A DNA stretch of 64,000 bases from Marsupella aquatica (lineage: Eukaryota > Plantae > Marchantiophyta). The translations under genes and the position numbers were made by a program. The notes under the pieces are model-generated. The model ran no database searches and was not told where the DNA came from. It was given only the letters and a program-made list of their open reading frames with translations. This document shows, one piece after another, positions 58,701-64,000 of the stretch (within the stretch, counting starts at the first letter, position 1; the number at the start of each line of letters is the position of its first letter). Where the stretch lies: the NCBI GenBank assembly GCA_973895155.1, contig OZ316896.1, positions 8,453,539-8,517,538 of the forward strand. Reading direction: 5' to 3'.

Positions 58701-61679
58701 CCTAATTTCTGGCTGCTGAGTTTTCACTTACGTTGGACATTTGGCCGCAGATCAAGTACGCTGACGATGACTCGACATATTTCTGGGCTGTTGGAAACAG
58801 GCAGATTGCTATTGCCGCCCGGGCTGAAAGTTGCGGAAAGGAGGTCACCATGACCGTACCGCTAGAAAATACTGTGAAAGGAGAGGTTAGCTCTATATCT
58901 GCTTTCAAGGATAATTTCCTTTCTAGACAAGCTTTCTAGTTAGTGTCCTCAGGCAGGGCAGTTCAGTACGAATGCGTGGGGGCGGCAGTTCCAGATGCAA
59001 TTTTATGAAATTTTGGAATCGGTCTTCTCTTCCCCATAGGACTTCGATGACTTTAACAAGAAGACATTATGGTTTCTCTGATAGGTTGCTGATCTATAGG
59101 CCAGGATCTGCTTACCGTAAGTAAACTCTGCTGGATTTTTTGACTGGGGTCCCGTCTGTTGTACGGAATTGGCTTGTAGTACATGCTGACGAGATTTTTT
59201 GTTGGCAGGTAACTGTGAAACTTAATTTGAAAGAATGGCAGTTTGCTGATGGATCTAAGGCAGTGTCCACCTATCACCCTGTCTCAACAGTTGGGCAACA
59301 GTTGCACCAGCAGTCACTACTAGGCTCATGGCCATCTGTGCCATCCCTGACGGGCAGAAGATTGCAAATTGAAGCGGTAGAGGGAAGGAATTTGGCTCCC
59401 ATGGACAGAACTGGCAAGAGTGATCCATATTTGAAGCTGCATTATGGCAAGGTAATTGCGCGTTTTTTCTTGTTCAACTTGTCTGATGTGAACGTATGTT
59501 AGGGTATGGTATGCCCTGAGCAATGTTTTTTCACTGGTTCGATGAGGATTCCTGAGCCTTAAGTTGTCTGGGGCCTGTGCCTTCTCGGTATTTATTAAGA
59601 TGCCAATCCAAGTTGGATGATGAGCAACTGGGAAACTTCAAGCGTCTCCATTGTATAAGAATGTCTTGTTAAGCACTAGCTTAATGCAGTAGCTTATCAC
59701 AAGAAACAAATGAACAAGAAATCACGTTGTCAAAACAGCCACTTCGGGGAGATGGTCTAATTAGGACTGTTTAAAACATCCTTATTTGGGAGAGTGGCCA
59801 ATGCCAGAAAAGGAGTAAAACAGGTAGGAGGGGGAATGAGCGATATTGATACTCACATAACGGTTCGGCTCAGTATGTTCTCTCCTTCATCTCATGAACA
59901 AACTAATAAATAGAGCCCTGAAATCCGCCTCGTGAGGACAAAAGCTTCTCATGCTCAGGTTCTTCATGTGTATTACCACTCCTAGTTTCCACTCCTAGTT
60001 TGTCATTTGCTAAGAAACCCCTGAACTACAGTTATCATAGTGCTCGTATTGATGTTGGTTTTGTTACACTTGTTTGATTCGTTTTCCAGATAGTTCGGAG
60101 GACAAAAACTATCAACCAAGATCTGAATCCAAGCTGGAATCAGTCGTTCACGTTCCAGGAAATAGGTGGTGGAGAGTATTTGAAGCTCAAGTGTTATGAC
60201 GCAGATCGATTTGGGGATGAGAATCTGGGGAGTGCTCGTGTGAATTTGCAAGGACTCGAAGATGGTACTAAGAAAGATGTTTGGGTTCCTCTTGAGAAAA
60301 TAAAACAGGGGGAGATTAGACTCCGAATCGAGGTCGTAGGTCCAGACTACGAAATGGATGGATCTCAGGTCATTTTTCTCCCCTTGATAATGTCTGAAGT
60401 TTTCTCCTCTCTGTAGTCTCCAAACTGTTCATCACGACCTGGCAGATTTCTAGGCAGCTAAGTTTGGCGTGGATAATTTGTGCCTCTCGGTTCAGATTGA
60501 TGAACTCTGAATTTGACTGTGTATAAAAGCTTCGCATTTTGGGTGCTGTTCCTCGCTGCCATCTGAACTTGTGATAGAAATATTATCCTTGGCTATTTGT
60601 TCACAGAATGGGCATGGTGATGAGAACAGCCTCGTGCCGTCAGGTAGCTCGGTTGAGCTTGTCGTACTTGAGGCTAGAGACTTGGTAGCTGCGGATTGGA
60701 TGGGTACCAGTGATCCATATGTCAGTGTACGGTATGGGAATATAAGAAAGCGAACAAAGGTTTGTCCCTCCTAAGAAATTGAGTTGCTTTATGTTTATTC
60801 ACCTCTGTTTGCTCTCTCGTGACAAGTTGGTTTTTCATTGCGCGATTTCTCAGTTGATTCCTCAGGTAAGCACGTGGCAGGGTTCTATTGCTGATTTCTA
60901 ACAGTGAAAAATGTATCATGTTGCAGATTGTTTACAAAACCCTCAACCCCAGTTGGAATCAAACGATTGATTTTAGTGATGATGGAAGCAGCCCACTAGT
61001 ATTACACGTAAAGGATTATAATTACATGCTCCCTGTGACAAGTATCGGTCACTGCATTGTTGAATATAATCAGCTACCTCCCAATCAAACGGTTGATAGA
61101 TGGGTTCCACTCGAAGGTGTAACCAAGGGAGAGATACACTTCCAGTTGACTCGTCGACAACCAGAGGTTGAAAAGGGTAAGCAACCCAAGCCAGAGCAAA
61201 CAGTCGAGAATTTACTGACAGGGACAGAATTGGCGTCACCCGTGAGATTACCAGGGGGCACTACCAAGCTGCAAAGGACATCTGGAAAGGTAAAACTTTA
61301 CGAAAGTTATCTGTTGGTTGTTGCCTAAAAGTTTCCATCACGGATGCGGGCACTGAGTTTTGTGCCCCTTTTTAGCTAGGGGGCCCTCAGGGAATTCCTT
61401 AAAAACATATGGTGATATGCCCTAGCGTCTGTTGGAGTGGGAGCTTCCGTGTATGTTTAACAGTTGGAGCTGGTTGTATTCCAGGTCCGAGCACTCATTC
61501 GACGCGCAATGGCACTGGCAGAGGAGGATGAGGATACCGAAGACATCCGGGTCATGCTGGAAGAGTTGGAAACTGCAGAAGAAGAAAGAGACGGTGTTGT
61601 TTTGCAGCTGCAAAGGGATAGAGACATTTTGATATCCAAAGTGAAAGAGCTTGACGAAGCTATGTCAGGGTTGATATGA
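55747..61679 (+). CDS. SYT6: Synaptotagmin SYT6/SYTF-like (N-terminal TM, SMP, three C2 domains, C-terminal coiled coil), ~854 aa, 13 exons
   Basis: Exons 55747-55932, 56302-56376, 56545-56685, 56904-56993, 57446-57574, 57803-57946, 58184-58615, 58751-58885, 59209-59451, 60090-60368, 60607-60759, 60927-61289, 61485-61679 (2565 nt, GT-AG). Motifs ERW..LSNWVP, EWLNKLL..VWP, MVEPRRRC, GRNLAPMDRTGKSDPY, ARDLVAADWMGTSDPY; acidic helical tail. Confidence 0.93.
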
Positions 61680-62305
61680 AATTAAGCTTAGATGTGTATT
61701 TTGTAGGAATATTCATATTCCCAAAGTTAGAAGTGATCATGTGACATGAGGTGTTGCTTTGGGTCATCTTTGAATAAAGGCTTTAGGAGCTGGCAAAGGC
61801 AAAGAAGTTGATGAAAATTCTTCAGGATCTGCAGTCTTCAACCTCTCGTCTTGCACTCATCACGAATTTAGAGGTACCCAGAGCCGAAAGGATACATGTT
61901 GAGCTCTTCATCATTTACTCTTTCACAGGTAACATTTGTCTATGTTAACTTCAGTACTCTAGTATAGCTGCTCCTAATTACTGAGTAGCATTCGTGTTCA
62001 TCAGGATGCATATGCTACACGGAGAGCAGTGGCAGTAGACAATTTGTACTCCTGAACAGAGGGGATATGCCATCCGAAGCTGATAAGCTCGATGAATGTC
62101 CCGTATTGGAGCTTCGGGGATTAGTGCAGGTATCCTATAGGAGCTCTCGGCAATCCAATTCTACATGGTATCTCGGTACTTCAGCAGGATCGTGTGATTT
62201 CATCGGGAACTCATAGCACTGGCCACTTGTCTTAAAGTGAAAATAGTGCATTGGTCTATATCTAAGGAATATAGGTTCCCTTGTGCATTTTCTTTATCAG
62301 TATTT

Positions 62306-63290
62306 CAGGGATTTTCACCGCCTGGCTGAATTGGTAAAAGGCAAAACCAATTCTGGTGAGCAGGTTGTTATTGATCATTTTGTCCCCAGTCTGTATTATG
62401 AGGTGCCCATTGGATTGGAGGATCACTGGATTTCTGGTCACTGCTACTAATCTTTGAATGGAGGTCCATTTAGACGGGGATTCGTGAGATCTGGAGGTTG
62501 TCTAATACCTTCAAGTACTTCACTTTTGGACCTCAATTTTGGATCGGTTCTAGAGTTTCTTGATGATGTGGTCTTTATTACTGGAGTATATGAGCACATT
62601 CGGAGCTTGGAAAGAACTCACATGATCAGTCATCATTAATTGACGCAGGCGAGTGAAGCAGGACCTGTGAATGGAACAAGCTTGAAGAAAGGCCTATCTG
62701 AATCTAAACCACTTGTAAACGTTCAGTTTAGCTGTGGCAACTTACCAACGCGATTCCAAGACGAAACCCGGACGACATCGAGGGCCAGAAAAGATGAAGG
62801 ACTGGAAGCGTAGGTTTTTTTGAGAGAGTACGAGAGGGTATCCTGGGAAACAATAAGGGGAGTTCAATTCAGTGTATAAAGAGGACCGGTTTTGAAAATC
62901 TCCGACACTGAGGCCAAAGTCGCACCATTGAGATTATTTTGAACCTCATTTGGAATGGAGTGGACTGCTTCTCAGATGGCAGATTGGAACGTTTGGTTTC
63001 AACAGACTACGAAAATGTCCAACGTGTGGAAGAGCTTCATTAAACCACCAGTGCCCATATAAGAGAGGTGTGCAAAATGTCTCCTCTTTTCTCGGTTCGA
63101 GTTCAGTTCTTTGACTAAGCAGTACTAGGCTTCAGTGTGTCTCGGTCCCGAATAATGGAAAGTACCGTCAAACAGTAGCCACTACACGTACTGGGTGATT
63201 TAGATAAGCCAATATGTCCCGGAGTTCAATTGTGTCTTTCACAGCGGGAAGAAGTTGGTTCTTGAGACCTCACAAATGTTTTGGAGACAA
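62306..63290 (+). pseudogene. Decayed coding-like remnant of unknown family
   Basis: After an acceptor-like tttcag, one frame runs ~185 codons (DFHRLAELVKG...LYYEVPIGLEDHWISG...FLDDVVFITGVYEHI...) with about three isolated stops. Further protein-like pieces follow. Confidence 0.35.
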
Positions 63291-64000
63291 ATTGAAGCAT
63301 TGTACCATACAATCTTCACACTAGTGGATGTACGAATGTACTATATTCTTATCTAGTCGTTGTCATGTCTGATCCCACATATTATTTAAAACGCTGTACT
63401 TATTTGGATCTACCATGAATACAGTGGTAATGACGATCGTCCACCTTTTTTTCTGAGCTGCAAACAAAAGACAAGTGAGAAGCCAGGGTCGACACTTTTG
63501 CAGTCTCTTACGTGTGTTCTACATTGCTTCAGTCGGAATCTCTTTTCTTGTCCAGATTTCTCCCAAACAGCCTTGAGCGACATGAAAATCAAAGAATTTT
63601 GTAATCCTTATTTATATGCATTACTACAATATCGGCCAAAAATTTTGATATACAGAGCTCGGATGCAAAAAACTTCCGAAGTCGATCCAACTCCTTTGAT
63701 CCTACATTTGGATCAGCGCACAAACAGCTTCAATTCCATGTCACAGCATACTGTACCCAAACTGAAAATCAAATTGATGGTGAATTATTTCGCCGTAAGT
63801 TGTGGGTAGGAGGACTAAATCAAAATGAAGGTGAATTATTTCGCCATGAGGTGAGGGTAGGAGGACTGTACCAAGACTGGAGGCAGCATCTGGAAGGCTC
63901 CAAGACCTAACCACATGGCTACACGAGAGTTTTGTCCGGATTATTTTATTTTAAAAAATGGACTGGAAAAAAAACTTTCAACTGAATTTATCCACACAAG

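Overview
Eukaryotic, land-plant nuclear DNA; a bryophyte such as a liverwort is my guess and cannot be verified from the sequence. I could build three intron-containing genes with GT-AG junctions in continuous frames: a 6-exon acidic/basic C2H2-type zinc-finger protein (minus, 6205-8588), a 10-exon Serinc membrane protein (27382-31666) and a 13-exon SYT6-type synaptotagmin (55747-61679). There are also three long intron-free ORFs: ER alpha-glucosidase I (GCS1/MOGS), a CYP72-clan cytochrome P450 and a 518-aa ORF (41317-42873). The 518-aa ORF is the most unusual item. It appears to fuse a Tify-domain-binding domain (IDM1-like PHD/GNAT type) to a diverged RBM25-type PWI domain. Intergenic DNA holds many non-autonomous transposons with readable termini and target-site duplications: a MULE with 9-bp TSD, CACT elements with TA TSD, TTAA-flanked MITEs, CTCGGGG elements with 8-bp TSD, and a twin-hairpin element carrying a tRNA-Pro-like module. 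It also holds an LTR plus tRNA-Met PBS just upstream of GCS1, a matching solo LTR 34 kb away, tandem arrays and decayed coding remnants. All family assignments come from remembered motifs; no database search was run.
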